Assembly (NCBI RefSeq): GCF_006345805.1
Contig: NC_043013.1
Location: 11,470,001-11,534,000, forward strand
Direction of reading: 5' to 3'
Length of the DNA stretch: 64,000 nucleotides
DNA from: Octopus sinensis
Lineage: Eukaryota
Both the position numbers and the translations under genes were made by a program. This document shows positions 28,561-41,980 of the stretch, one piece after another; position 1 is the stretch's first letter; each line of letters begins with the position of its first letter. The notes beneath the pieces are model-generated. The model was given only the letters and a program-made list of their open reading frames with translations, did no database searches and had not been told where the DNA came from.

Positions 28561-29700
28561 TTGGGTTGGTAACTAAATACCCACCGTTTTTTAAAATTTA
28601 AATTCTTTAAAAGGTTTAATAAAAAGTAACAGCTAATTTTTCAATAATGTATTCACCGTTGTGGTTTTGTCAACTTCTTTCCAACGTTCAACAAGATTTT
28701 CAATACCCCGTTGGTAGAAATCACCCGATTTCGACTCGAAAAATTGATCTAACTAAGCTCTTAATTCTGCATCAGTATTGAACGAAACTCCCTGCATCGC
28801 ATTTGAAAGAAATCGAAAGAGGTGGAAATCCGTTGGTGCCAAATCAAGATAGTGCGGCGAGTATGGCAGCACTTCCCACCCCTGCATTTGCATGGCTTCC
28901 TTGGTCATATTGGCGATATGAGGGCGGGCGTTGTCGTACAGCAGAACTCCACGCTGCCGATTAGGTCTTTTCTTTTGAATAGCCGTGTTGAGTCGTTCCA
29001 TGTGTTGAACATAGAGTTCGGAGTTGACCGTTTGGTTCCGTTCAAACAATTCGTATTGGATAATCCCTTCCCAGTCCCACCAATCGCACAACATCGTTTT
29101 ACGCGGATGAAGATCTTGTTTCACGCGCATTGTCGCTTGTTTACCGTGGCTAAGCCATTCCTTACGCTACTTCACATTGATGTACATGCACCATTTCTCG
29201 TTGCCAGTAACGATTCGGTAAAGAAATCGTTGCTTGTGTCCATGAGTTGAGCGGTGACGAGCAAGCAAACCAGCGGAGATTGTGGCTCGTTGATTTTTGT
29301 TGTCACTTAAACCATGCGGAACTCATGTTCCATACTTCTGAAAATTTCCCATAGAGTAAAGATGCTTCTCTATAGCAGTGTGGGATCATTCCATTTTCTC
29401 TGCCAGTACCCTAGTCGTTTAACGAGAATTTTCGTGCAAAAGTTGGTTTAATCGATCTTCATCGAATTCGACTGGATGGCCAGAACGAGGTGCGTCTTTG
29501 CAATCAAAATTTCGATTTTTGAACTTGGCATACCAATCACGAGCGGTTCTTTCAGCTATGGCATCCTCTCTATACACAGCACAAATGTCGCGAACAGCTT
29601 TTGCGGCCTTAGAATCTTGTTTAAAAGCAAAAAGGAGGTGTCAAAAATACTCGTTTTTCTCAACTTGACATTCCATTTTAATGATCTGAAAATAAACAAA
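28561..29700 (-). mobile_element. Mariner DNA transposon, near full length, one TIR retained
   Basis: TIR-like TTGGGTTGGTAACTAA at 28561 and an internal transposase pseudogene. The other TIR was not found before the (TA)n tract. Confidence 0.9.
28640..29676 (-). pseudogene. Mariner (D,D34D) transposase pseudogene
   Basis: MECQVEKNEYF*...DAPRSGHP...T*VPHGL...RIVTGNEKW...KTMLCDWWDWEGII...LLYDNARPH...YSPHYLDLAPTDFHLF...FYQRGIENLVERWKEV...NGEYII. Several in-frame stops; first catalytic D is N. Confidence 0.92.
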
Positions 29701-29851
29701 AATTAAATAAAATTTACTAGAAAAAAAATAATTCCCAAATGATTCAAAAATAGAATTCTCGAAAAAGATAGATTTTAAAATTTAAACAAATTCCAAAATT
29801 TAATAAAAAAGATAGATAGATAGATATAGGTATATATATATATATATATAA

Positions 29852-29885
<34 letters not shown>

Positions 29886-30040
29886 CAATATATATATATA
29901 TATATATAATATATATATATATATCAATATATATATCAATATATATATTATATATATATATATATATATATCAATGTATATATATCAATATATATACATA
30001 TATTGAAGATATTATGTGTATATATATATGCATATATACA

Positions 30041-30120
<80 letters not shown>

Positions 30121-30229
30121 ATATATATGTGTGTGTGTGTGGTGTGTGTGTGTGTGTGTATATATATAACAGAGTAACCGATCAGATTAATGTAAAATGT
30201 TTTTTTTTTATATTTGAACATTAAAAGAA

Positions 30230-30269
<40 letters not shown>

Positions 30270-30310
30270 GTGTGTATATATATATATATATAATATATAT
30301 ATATATATAT

Positions 30311-30341
<31 letters not shown>

Positions 30342-32121
30342 GTATACATATATATCCACACACACATACATATATATGTACACATACGTATATGCATGCA
30401 CGTGTGCATGCATATATGCACACGCACAAACTCATTTATATGTTGTGTGTGTGTACGTGTGTGTACGTGTGCATGTGTATATGTCTTCATGCGTGCGTAT
30501 CAAAAGGCACGGTAGACTCTTACTTTGAAAAGTAATAAATGAAAATTAAAAAAAAAACAACCACACTCTGCACCCGAAACAACCCGCACCAACACGCCCC
30601 TATGCACCAGCAGACTATCAACTTTAACTCCTCTCTAGACATAATGTTTTCGACATCTTGCACCTAAATACCGCAGGCGCATTGCAAACAATCCCTCGAT
30701 TCACGCCCACCCTCACCCGAACATCTGTCCATCATCGTCACACCGCATTCACACATGGCTGAACACGACACAAAAACATACACATTCTTCAGTGAAACGA
30801 TTCTACCAATACATAGAATTAAGACTTGTGAGTTCAGTAAACCCACAATCTAAGTTGTAGACACTGCAGTCTAACATATTTAATAAAATGACTACAGCTG
30901 CCACCCCTACCCCTCCAAGATAAAGACATTTATGTTTTAGCAACAGATAAAATAAACCCTAAAATAAAGAACTGAAATACCGAAATGAAAAGGAAACAAA
31001 GACATTCTCAAGCATAACACGTTAATACCAAAGTTAACCGAAGATAGGAGGTGCTGTCGAGATCACTCAGCCTGCTAGAAATAACATCAAAATCTCCCTC
31101 TTGTTTTATTTTACCGTCATTCGAAAAGATAATGTGCAACTAAGTGACCACTGGTCCAAGTCACTGCGAGATACCTTGGGGCAATGTTCTACAGTAGCCA
31201 TAGACCCGCGCTGACGAATGCCTTTTGATAGAATTTGTTAGTCAAAAAACCTGTAGAAATTACCTCGTTTGAGTGCGTGTGCTGTTGTGTGCGTTTGTGC
31301 GTGTGTGCATGCGCGCGCGCGCGCGTGTGTGTGTGTGGGGTGTCTGTGTGTGTGCGAGCGCATGTATGTTGCACGCACTTGAAAAGCGAGTAATGGTTAG
31401 TTTATAACCCCGTATCCAAGTGGTTACGCAAAGGAATACTGTTAAAGTACCGGTGTTAAAAGATAAACACCGGTTTTAATTTGTTCGACTAAACAGTTCA
31501 AGGCGCCGCCCAAGCTTGGCAGCAGTTCAGTGACTGAAACAAGTAAACCATAAACCATAAAAGAACTCAATATGCTATTAAAATGACACGGTGTTGAGGG
31601 TCGGAAAGTGTTTTCAATGGATTGTTGTCCTGCAACAAAAGCGCAACAACATTCACAACCCTCACTCTTAAGAAAGAAATGTGATACAATATAAAGTAGA
31701 TATAGAAAATTTCAAAACATTTCTATCGAACGTAGCCTTTAACAATAGCATTGTTACCAATATTTATTAGCACCACATCGCAAATAATTCCTGGGCACCC
31801 GTATTCTGTTCAATCGGGACAAACTCAAAACTCACCAACTATAATCACAATATAGATCAGGTGTCTAATCTAAGTGTAATATTAAGAACTCATCAGTTAA
31901 GCGTAACCAAATATCTGGACATGTATGCACAATGCTGGATAAGCGTTTTTGGTGAAGTCTTACAGTTTCCCATACATGCAAGTCTTCCTTTTTCACGGTA
32001 TCGAAGCTTATTCAAGAGAAAACCAGCTGACTGAGACCAATATAATAATGTTTTATTTGATTTTTATTATAAGGATAAAATATTCACATACACACACACA
32101 CACACACACACAAACACATAT

Positions 32122-32325
32122 AACAGGTATCAGAACGGGGCGCCATTGCATAGTACAAAACCACCCAAGATTACCACCAGGATATAATACCAGGTACGGC
32201 AACTACTTGGATTTCAAGGGCTCACACCTCTTCAATGTCCTTCCGCAAAGCCTGAAAGACCTACACGGAGGGGATCTAGGTGTCTTTAAAAGAAAATTAG
32301 ATCTCCTATCAAGACTTCCCGAAGC
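32122..32325 (+). mobile_element. CR1-clade LINE ORF2 C-terminal fragment
   Basis: RTGRHCIV...TRYGNYLDFKGSHLFNVLPQSLKDLHGGDLGVFKRKLDL; typical CR1 end (LFNxLP...FKxxLD). Confidence 0.8.
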
Positions 32326-32436
32326 AAGAAACAGAGATGAGTGCAGGAACATAAAATTCTTCCATTTACCAATTCCAAAATATCAGAAATTGAGTGCAAG
32401 TGTGAGGAGGAAAAGATAAAAGATAAAAGATGTTAT

Positions 32437-32482
<46 letters not shown>

Positions 32483-32608
32483 CGGGAAGCTTTATGAAAA
32501 TAGACAAAAGACGAAGGCAGATTTACGGAAATAAACAAAAGACGAAGCAGGTGGAATACAAACAAACAATTGTATTAGTATGGCGCTCAGGAATATAAAT
32601 AAAACAAG

Positions 32609-32646
32609 TCTTTAACGTTTCGAGCCTAAGCTCTTCAACAGAAAGA
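32609..32646 (-). ncRNA. Atypical minimal hammerhead-like motif (second copy of the 18.95 kb family)
   Basis: Minus strand: TCTTT CTGTTGA A GAGC TTAG GCTC GAAA CG TT AAAGA. 5-bp stem I, 4-bp stem II, palindromic ACGT stem III. Confidence 0.5.
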
Positions 32647-33533
32647 TACACAGTCTGTCTGTTTTTGTGTGTGTCAGGAGGAGACCGCGTGTTTGTGTGT
32701 CAGTGATTGTCCACCCACAGCCGCTTGGCAACAGATGTTGGTGAGTTTATGACCCCGTTAATTAGCGGTTCGGCTAAAGGACCCGACAGAATAAGTACTA
32801 GTCTTACAAAGAATAGCTTCTGCGTTCGATTTGTTTAACTAAAGGCGGCACTCCAGGATGACCGCAGTCAAATGACTAGTACAATTAAGAGAATAAAAGA
32901 ATGAAAGAACATATGTATATGTATATATATATATATGTACATACATATTTGTGTCTATTTGCGATGTCTGTTGTTTCATTCATAATTTTTAAGTAGTGTT
33001 CGTTTTTACCAAGTGAATATAATTTTTAATTCCATTTATTCCATTTCTCCGTTCATAGTTTTGAGTGATGTCCGTTTTCTAGAGCGTGAATGTGGGTTGT
33101 ATGTGTGTGTGTGTGGGAGTATGAATAAGTATTGTGTTGAAGTATTTAGCTATTTTATTTATTTATAGTTGCCTAGACGTTTTTATGTGTATGTATAGGG
33201 ATATATATATAGGTGTGTGATTTAGTGTATGTAGTTAGATATGGTTATATATAATAGGTATATGTGTATGGGTGTATATATAGTTTATTATTATATTATT
33301 ATTTTTTTTTGTTTTGTTTTATATTTTATATTTTATATTTTATATTTTATATTTTATAGTTTATATTTAATTCTTGATAGGTTTTTTTAGTTATATATTG
33401 TTTATATATTGATTATATATGGATTATATATAGGTTATATATGGATTATATACTTATATTTTTTCATTCATACTTTAATTATTTTAAAATATTATTTTTA
33501 TATTTTAAAATATTGATTTTTTAGATTGGAAGT

Positions 33534-33576
33534 CCACCTGAAGATTGTCGATCAAGACAAGAAACGATTGTAGTGG
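33534..33576 (+). ncRNA. Minimal type I hammerhead ribozyme motif
   Basis: CCAC CTGAAGA TTGTC gatcaa GACAA GAAA C GATT G TA GTGG. Canonical core, perfect stems I and II, near-palindromic ACGATTGT stem III, GUA triplet. Confidence 0.8.
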
Positions 33577-33752
33577 CGGTTTTTTGACTATTTATTAAAA
33601 TTTTATGTATTGATTAAGTCTTTCCTTGTTTGTTTTGCAAAATAGTGGTTTTGTCTCTAATAATATTTTATAATATTTTACTATAAAATTGGATTTAATC
33701 CTAAATCTGATTTTTCCCTGTAAATTTGGATTTATTCCCTAATATTTATTAT

Positions 33753-33792
<40 letters not shown>

Positions 33793-35077
33793 ATATATAT
33801 CTGGAAGAATATATATTGAGCTGTCTATCCATATACGTTTGTGTAGTTATCCATTTCTTTGCATGTGGTTGAGAGTATGGGCGCGCAAAAAGTGTTTAAT
33901 TATTTATGAATGAGTTTACAAGTGTATGTGTAAGAGAGTATATATGCTTGCAGGTATATGTTCCTATCTGCGTATATGTTTTCTGCTATATGTAGGCGTA
34001 CTAGATGAATATGCGAATACGTACGTGCATTAAGCCACCATGTTGATTAGAAAGAAAGTTGGCGAAAAACAAAAAAAATTATATATATATATATATATTA
34101 TATATATATAGAGAGAGAGAGAGAGAAGAGTGGAGTGTGAGAGAGAGAAAGAAAGTAAGACATATGACCAGGAAGAAAAGTAGAGAAAGTGGTAGTTATA
34201 CACACACACACACATATATATCTATATATATGCAGAATATACGCATGCAGACACACAAATGCACACGCAGTGTGAGTGAGAGGTGATGAACACGAATGGT
34301 CTGCGTATAGTTAAAGTTTCTACTCAATATGTAGCGAGGCGTCAGACTGTCTAATATGAAACCTTAACGAAAGTCGATAGCCGGCAGTATTCTTATATCG
34401 TCTGCAGATTGTAAATCATTGATGTGAATAAAAAAGACTGTGCACATGCAAATATATGATATATATCTGTATATATGTATATACTTATGTGTGAGTATGT
34501 ATGTACGTATATATATATATATATCAAAGTATATATAAGTATATATATATATATATATATATACATATATATGTGTATATATATATATGCATATGTATAC
34601 ATGTATATGTATATATATTTATACATATATACGTATAAATACATACCTACTTACATACATATGTATAGAGATGCATTCATATGTATGCATATATATGTGT
34701 GTGTATGCAATTTATATATATATGTAAATATATATGTCTGTATGCGTTTGTTCAGTTATTCTCCACATATGTAGGATTACATATTTTCCACTTCAATTAA
34801 AAGCATTTTGCATTAAGAAATATTCAAGTAGAGAACAATACACAATTGTCCACTCTACGAGTAAATTATAAGACCACAGGTTATTGAAATGTATTTGTTA
34901 TGTCCGAGAAAGTGACAGCTCGTATAAGCATGTATCGTTAATCATACAATTTTCTCTTTCCCTGTCTGTCTGTCTATCGGTCTTTCTCTGATTTACGGGT
35001 TCAAAAACAAACCAACACCGGACCTCAAGAAGGTGGATAACGAAGCGAAAGGCATCAGACATACACACATATATATT

Positions 35078-35112
<35 letters not shown>

Positions 35113-35145
35113 TATAATATATATATATTATAATATATATATAAA

Positions 35146-35408
35146 ACTTAGATAAAACTTAGATATGTTTCGACCAGAGATTGTTCCAGGCCATGTCTAA
35201 CTTAATAGCACCACCTGATAGGATTATTCGAATCCTGTTTAAGTCAAGTTTTGTTCAAGTAGTGAGTTCTTGTTGGGTGAGTTGTATCCAATTATGGGTG
35301 TTGGTTATCTGGTATTCTTTGAAGGAATCTATCCAGACTCTGTTTGAAGTTGATGGGATCATTTTCCTCTTTGATCTCCCCGGGACAATGTTAATAGGGC
35401 AGGGCATA
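35146..35408 (-). mobile_element. CR1-clade LINE 3' end
   Basis: With small frameshifts, PAL-NIVPGEIKEENDPINFKQSLDRFLQRIPDN...GYNSPNKNSLLE, followed by a repeated TATCTAAGTTT tail. Confidence 0.75.
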
Positions 35409-35577
35409 TATTATATATATATATATATAAGTTCAGCAAAATTTAGATTCAGATGAATATGGTACTTAAGTTATAGGCACCAGAATTTTGTATGGTTTTA
35501 TCCATATAAATCAAATGGGGCGATTATAATCAAAATAAGCCACGAGGATATCCAAGGTATATATATATATATATATT

Positions 35578-35644
<67 letters not shown>

Positions 35645-35645
35645 A

Positions 35646-36050
35646 TATCTGTAAATGTAATATATGACAATTTTTCGGTAGCCATGATAAAACTCCGAGT
35701 TTCGGATGCCGAGGTGGAAATCCACCACGCTGCCATCTCTTCAGTTAAACGTGGGTGTGCGGGCGCACGGGTGTAGGTATGGATATGCACGCTTACGCAA
35801 ATACTATGAATTTTTTTACTCCCTTACTGTTAGTCCCTCCCGTCGCTTAGCGGTCATTCAAATAGCTCTTTTGTCTTATTCACGGTCAATCACACAGTAA
35901 TTTCCCTTTGTATAACAGTAATCTTTCATAGCATTTTTTCCGATGGCCGGATAACTGACGAGATGGCGGCGTGGATTTCCACCTCGGCACCCGAAACTCG
36001 GAGTTTTATTATGGCTACCGAATAATTATCACATATTACATTTACAGATA
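35646..36050. mobile_element. Element with ~100-bp inverted terminal repeats, each carrying a hammerhead-like motif
   Basis: 35646-35747 is the reverse complement of ~35952-36050 with few differences. Both arms contain CTGANGA...GAAA CTCGGAG TT TTAT. Confidence 0.8.
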
Positions 36051-36113
36051 AATTCGTCAATTTTCATAACATCGAGGTCTCTTTCACTCTTTTGTTGTCT
36101 TACCATTTTTAAT

Positions 36114-36152
<39 letters not shown>

Positions 36153-36165
36153 CATACAAACACAC

Positions 36166-36204
<39 letters not shown>

Positions 36205-36216
36205 GCACACACACAA

Positions 36217-36249
<33 letters not shown>

Positions 36250-36261
36250 CACACACAAACA

Positions 36262-36408
36262 CGGAAAATGACTTCTAGGCCAGATTCCAAATGTTGCATG
36301 AAAGCTGGGACCAGTGTTTTGCTGCGCAAGGTGATTATTTCGAAGATGATGTTATAAGTTATTTTTTATTAAACGTATCTAGTCTTGGGACCTTTTCATA
36401 CTACCTCG
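36262..36408 (+). mobile_element. Mariner 3' end with TIR
   Basis: ENDF*ARFQMLHESWDQCFAAQGDYFED (mariner C-terminus) and a TIR ending CCTTTTCATACTACCTCGTA. Confidence 0.8.
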
Positions 36409-36733
36409 TATGTATGTATGTATGTATGTATGTATGTATGTATGTATGTATGTATGTATGTATGTATGTATGTATGTATGTATGTATGTATGTATGTATG
36501 AACGTATATATGTATGCATGTATGGATGGATAGATGTTTGTTTGTATGTATGTGTGTGTGATTGTGTGTATGTGTGTGAGTGTGTGGATGTGTGTGTGTA
36601 TGTATCTGTGTGCGTGTGTGTAATAGCATACGCTCGAAATGCCAAAGACATTTTCATTCTTTCCGAGCTTCTAACACATTTGATATTTGTACCTTCCCCT
36701 GTCTTTGTCTTCTGTTTTATCTACATCTGAAGC

Positions 36734-36765
<32 letters not shown>

Positions 36766-37316
36766 ACAAACACACACAAACACACACACACACACTTACA
36801 CGTACATACACACACGCGCGCACACAGATACACGCATACACATGTCTGTATGAATGTATATACTATACACATGTGTCACACATTCACACGAGCACACATG
36901 CCTTATATCCTTTTATATACTTGCATGTGTTAATTCGCTTGCGAACATTCTACACCGCTACATTCAACAGTTTAGCACATACTACATAGTTCAGACTGTT
37001 ATTTTTCGCAGACAGGGAAGAACTGTAATTTATATTATTGGTTTCTACCTTTGTTACCTCCCTTATGAAGTAAATACTTGTAAATTACTTTTGGCATGAT
37101 TTCCTCTTACCGAATTTCTCTAAGTCATTGACCGATCTTACTATGAGATAGAATATCCTACCCGAAAGGTATCTGCACTGGAATAAAACATAGAATCGGA
37201 TGTTTTGGTAGCGGAAGAAACCCGACTGTGATACTTCAGTGCTAAACTAATTATCTTCGAAAATGCACAATCACTTCCCCGCGACTCTCCTGCTTTATAT
37301 ATATGAGTGAGCGAGT

Positions 37317-37347
<31 letters not shown>

Positions 37348-37444
37348 TGAGGGAGATAAGTAGATGAGCGAGTAGATGACGTTATATTCATATCACTTAT
37401 GCATACATTGATATATACATACGTATATATATATATACACCACA

Positions 37445-37497
<53 letters not shown>

Positions 37498-38176
37498 AGT
37501 AATGAGAGAGAGTCCACATTGGTCACTCTAACGCTAGATATAGATCCTTATTGTGATTTATATATATGAGCTGAAACTAGAAAAATATATATATACCAAA
37601 TATATACGTTTTTATTATAATTTTGCAATTTGCTTAATCATCGGTATATATTTTTATTATTTTAATTTGAATATTTCTATTTATGTAATTTTCTAGATGG
37701 TGTAATTTAATTGTTCATTTTGATTGATAAATTGTTTTTTTTTCTAATTTATATATACATATATATTGTTATATATATATATATATTAATATATATATAT
37801 ATAATATATATTATATTTTGTGAAATTTGATTTAGTATTTTTAATTGAATTTTTTCCCTGTAAGAATAATATTCCCTCCCTCAAATAATATATATAGATT
37901 ATATATAGATTTCCGACTGAAGACAATATATGTGAGTTCAGTTTTTGCTGAACGACCGTCACGAATTATCAAAGGATTTGTGTTTAATGATCAAATGAAT
38001 GTGCTGTAAATTACCTCGTTTCCTCCGTCAGGTGTCGAAGAGGTTTCAGAACAAGGCGAGGTAAATTGTTTAGCACAAAAACACAACGCTCTACTCGATC
38101 CAGGAATTGAAACCCTGATCTTATAGGCAGCACCTAACCACTAAGCCATTTGCCCTCACTGCATCTATTTATCTAA

Positions 38177-38287
<111 letters not shown>

Positions 38288-38719
38288 TCTTATTTGTGGG
38301 TGTGTAGAAGTAAAAGGTAAATGAAAAGAATAATCAAGGAAAGAGACATGTCAGTTAAACTGATATTGTGTGTATTAATAAACATATAATCATAGCTTCA
38401 TTGGGATGCATAATTACAGGATTAATTGAAATAATTTTCTCTCAGTGGCCTGAAAAATAGATTAAGTTAGCTGGGTTCAATGATTTATGACACTTCATCA
38501 GGAGAAAGTTTTCCCTTTTTTCTTCTGAGCTCTGGAAAAAATAGGTCCTCACAGATATTTATAGAATAGAAAACTACAACCAAATGATATTGGTCAGCCT
38601 AATTTGCATAACAGTGTATATAGAGTGAGGTGTATATATTTACATATGTTATATTTCTTTTCTTTTTATTAAACAGATTTTCGTTTTGCATTCGATGCTT
38701 TTCAAACTCTGCATATATA

Positions 38720-38772
<53 letters not shown>

Positions 38773-38773
<1 letters not shown>

Positions 38774-39050
38774 AGGGCAGCGGACTCGCGGTTTCGATTC
38801 CCAGACCGGGCGCTGTGAGTGTTTATTGAGCAAAAATACCTAAAGCTCCGCAAGGCTCTGGCAGGGGGTAGTGGCGATCCCTGCTTTACTCTTTCGCCAC
38901 AACTTTCTCTCGCTCTTTCTTCTGTTGGCCTGCTCGCTTAGCCAGCGGGGTGGCGTCATTTGAAGGCTAAAACAATGCGAAGCGCATTGTGACCAGCGAT
39001 GTGTAGCAACATCTGATAGTCTGGTCGGTCACTGTGACGGTGATATATAT
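38773..39050 (+). mobile_element. SINE family D
   Basis: B-box-like GGTTTCGATTCC, GC-rich body and TGACGGTGA end. Recognised as a cephalopod SINE from memory only. Confidence 0.55.
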
Positions 39051-39147
39051 ATATACATATATATAAATGCACATATCCGTATATATAGAATATAAATATA
39101 ATATATATAAAATAATATAATATATATATATATATATATTATATATA

Positions 39148-39560
39148 GGCGAGGGAGTGGCTGTGTGGTAAGTAGCTTGCTAACCAACCACATGATTCCG
39201 GGTTCAGTCCACTGCGTGGCATCTTGGGCAAGTGTCTTCTGATAGCCCCCGGGCCGACCAATGCCTTGTGAGTGGATTGGTAGACGGAAACTGAAAGAAA
39301 CCTGTCGTATATATGTATATATATATATAAGTGTGTGTGTATATGTTTGTGTGTCTGTGTTTGTCCCCCTAGCATTGCTTGACAACCGATGCTGGTGTGT
39401 TTACGTCCCCGTCTCTTAGCGGTTCGGCAAAAGAGACCGATAGAATAAGTACTGGGATTACAAAGAATAAGTCCCGGGGTCGATTTGCTCGACTAAAGGC
39501 GGTGCTCCAGCATGGCCGCAGTCAAATGACTGAAACAAGTAAAAGAGTAAAGAGTAAAGA
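39148..39560 (+). mobile_element. SINE family B, full copy
   Basis: Homologous to 7464-7883. Confidence 0.88.
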
Positions 39561-40159
39561 GTATATTAACATACATACACATATCCACATGAAAATATAT
39601 GTACGCTCACACCCATACACAAATTCATACAATATATGCATACCTATTATATATTCTCTTTAATTAGAAATAATTAGATAACAGAACCTATGAACTAAGT
39701 ACACTTCCCGGTAGCTATGTAAACCACATACAAAATATTTATAAGCAAACATGTTTATCTGACCGCATTTTCATTTAAACGTACACTTAACAACAACGAC
39801 GACGGTTTCTCTGTTTTGTCGATCTCTATGTCAGAAGTATTAGCTACGTTCTTCTCAACTCTTTAATCTGAAATATCGTGAATATCGACACTTGATATAA
39901 TGAGACTAATATAATGAGACAGGTGTTTAGAAAGTTTGATGTACAATGCTTGAAAAAATAACGACAGGATAATCACAGATTGGACGTGTTTGATAACCTG
40001 TCTAGCTTATAAAATTAAACAAAGAACGAAGCAGCAGCAATAATGATAATGGCGAGGATGACCACGATGAAGACGGTGAAGACAACAGCAGCAATAACAA
40101 CAACAGAAAGGTGAGGCTTCTACGTGGTCGATTACTTGTGTGGAAAAAAAAAATGCAGG

Positions 40160-40387
40160 TAAACCTATTTCTTTACTACTCACAAGGGGCTAAACACAGA
40201 GAGGACAAACAAGGACAGACAAACGGATTAAGTCGATTATAAGTAACTGGTACTTATTTAACCGACCCCGAAAGGATGAAATGCAAAATGGACCTCGGTG
40301 GAATTTGAACTCAGAACGTAGCGGCAGGCGAAATATCGCTAAGCATGTCGCCCGATGTGCTAACGTTTCTTCCAGATCGTCGCCTTA
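40160..40387 (-). mobile_element. SINE family A
   Basis: Reverse complement of family A. Confidence 0.8.
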
Positions 40388-40481
40388 TAAGCAGGTAAAC
40401 CTACCACGAATAAATGCCCGATTTGTTAAATATGACTTAGGATAGATAAGATGTACGGTACTGGATTAAATAAAAAAAAAA

Positions 40482-40730
40482 TAAATGCGCCCTTTTAAAG
40501 CCTAGCCAGGCTCATGGGCCCGGTTTCCCGGTTTCTATGGCGTATGTGTTCCGCAGCTGGGCGGGACGCCAGTCCATCGCAGCGTTACTCATTTTTGCCA
40601 GCTGAGTGGACTGGAGCAACGGGAAATGAAGTGTTTTGCTCAAGAACACAACGCGTCGCCCGGTCCAGGAATCGAAACCACAATCTTACGGCTATGGTGC
40701 TGACACCCTAACCACTAAGCCACGCGCCTC
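40482..40730 (-). mobile_element. SINE family C, full copy
   Basis: Minus head GAGGCGCGTGGCTTAGTGGTTAGGG (A box) and GGTTTCGATTCC (B box); matches 533-725. Confidence 0.85.
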
Positions 40731-40974
40731 TACACAGTATTGGATTACTATTTCAAAATTAAAAGGTGAAATCACAGCCGGGGCATCTGTAATCCTTTGT
40801 TTGCTGGACCAAGGTCAACGAGGCACAAAACAACAACAATAACAACAACTGTCTGAAATAGCAAAATCAAAGATAAGATTTGCATCAACGATAATGAAGT
40901 GTCTACGTAGGCACTCAGTTTAGCGCAAATAGCAGCAACTAAGCGCCTCCAAATTTCTTCCTAATAACTTTAAT

Positions 40975-41125
40975 ATAGTTAGTTAGTTAGTTAGTTAATT
41001 TGGCTCAAAAGCAAATAGCAAGGCCATGTAGGGGGACATGGAGTTAAGTACAGGGTGGTGTTCATGTAAAGAGTTCAGGCCACTTGAGGTCCAGGGAGGC
41101 TTTGAACATAGTTGGACACATTCAA
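40975..41125 (-). mobile_element. LINE 3' end with (CTAA)n tail
   Basis: Minus strand CPTMFKASLDLKWPELFT* (FKxxLDxxW-like), followed by (TAAC)n. Confidence 0.55.
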
Positions 41126-41980
41126 CAATATATCATTACAAGGGCTCAAAAAAACAAACAAAAAAAACAAACAATAAGCCGGTGTCATCTAACAAAAATA
41201 CGCTGTATTATGTATTCCATCCACGTTGCACCGTTGCGCAGACACTCGCTTGTTGCTCCTCACGATCAGAAAATATAAAACGAGTGAAAGGCAGCGTCGC
41301 AAACCTATATCCACCAACGCTAATGTTTATAAGTCGCCAGATCAATAAATAGTTATACTATGACTGGTAAATATGGGACACTCACAGCTGGAGTCCTTTG
41401 ATCAAATTTATGTTTGTCCATGGCCAATGAATGGTTACACGACAAATACAAAATATGACAATCTCCATGAGACTACACCATGTGTTAGATAAGCAATTAA
41501 ATCTCCTTCAGATCAAACCCAGTCTCTTTATAACGAAATGCTCTTGGCTGGGTCTGCTCAATCAAGCATAACCATCATCACCACCACCATCGTGGCCACC
41601 ACCAACAGCAACTACTGCGAGAACTACTTTTAAAACAACATTAATCCAAGTATTTCAATGTCTCTCTCTCTCTGATAATTATAATAATTCTTTCAAATTT
41701 TGGCACAGGACCAGGAATTTTAAAGGGACGGGGAAATTCCATTCTATCAACCCCAATATTTGATACTTATCAATCCCGAAAAGAAGAAAGACAAATTCGA
41801 CTTCGGTAAAACATAAAATCGGAAGAAATATCCCAAAACAGTTTTTCCGCCGCTTTAACGATTCTACCAGCTCGTTGCTTTTAATTATCATTTCTACTAA
41901 AGGAACAAGGCCTGAAGTTTTGTGTACGGCGGCAATTCGATTACATTGACCCCAATACTCAACTGGTATTTAATTTATCC

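Noticed and set aside
38455-38505. CTGATGA-stem-GAAC on the minus strand
   Set aside because: No stem I or III partner and the core is incomplete.
40006-40110. Acidic/Asn-rich 105-nt exon candidate with AAG|GTGAGG donor
   Set aside because: Degenerate trinucleotide sequence of a type common in non-coding DNA here; weak acceptor.
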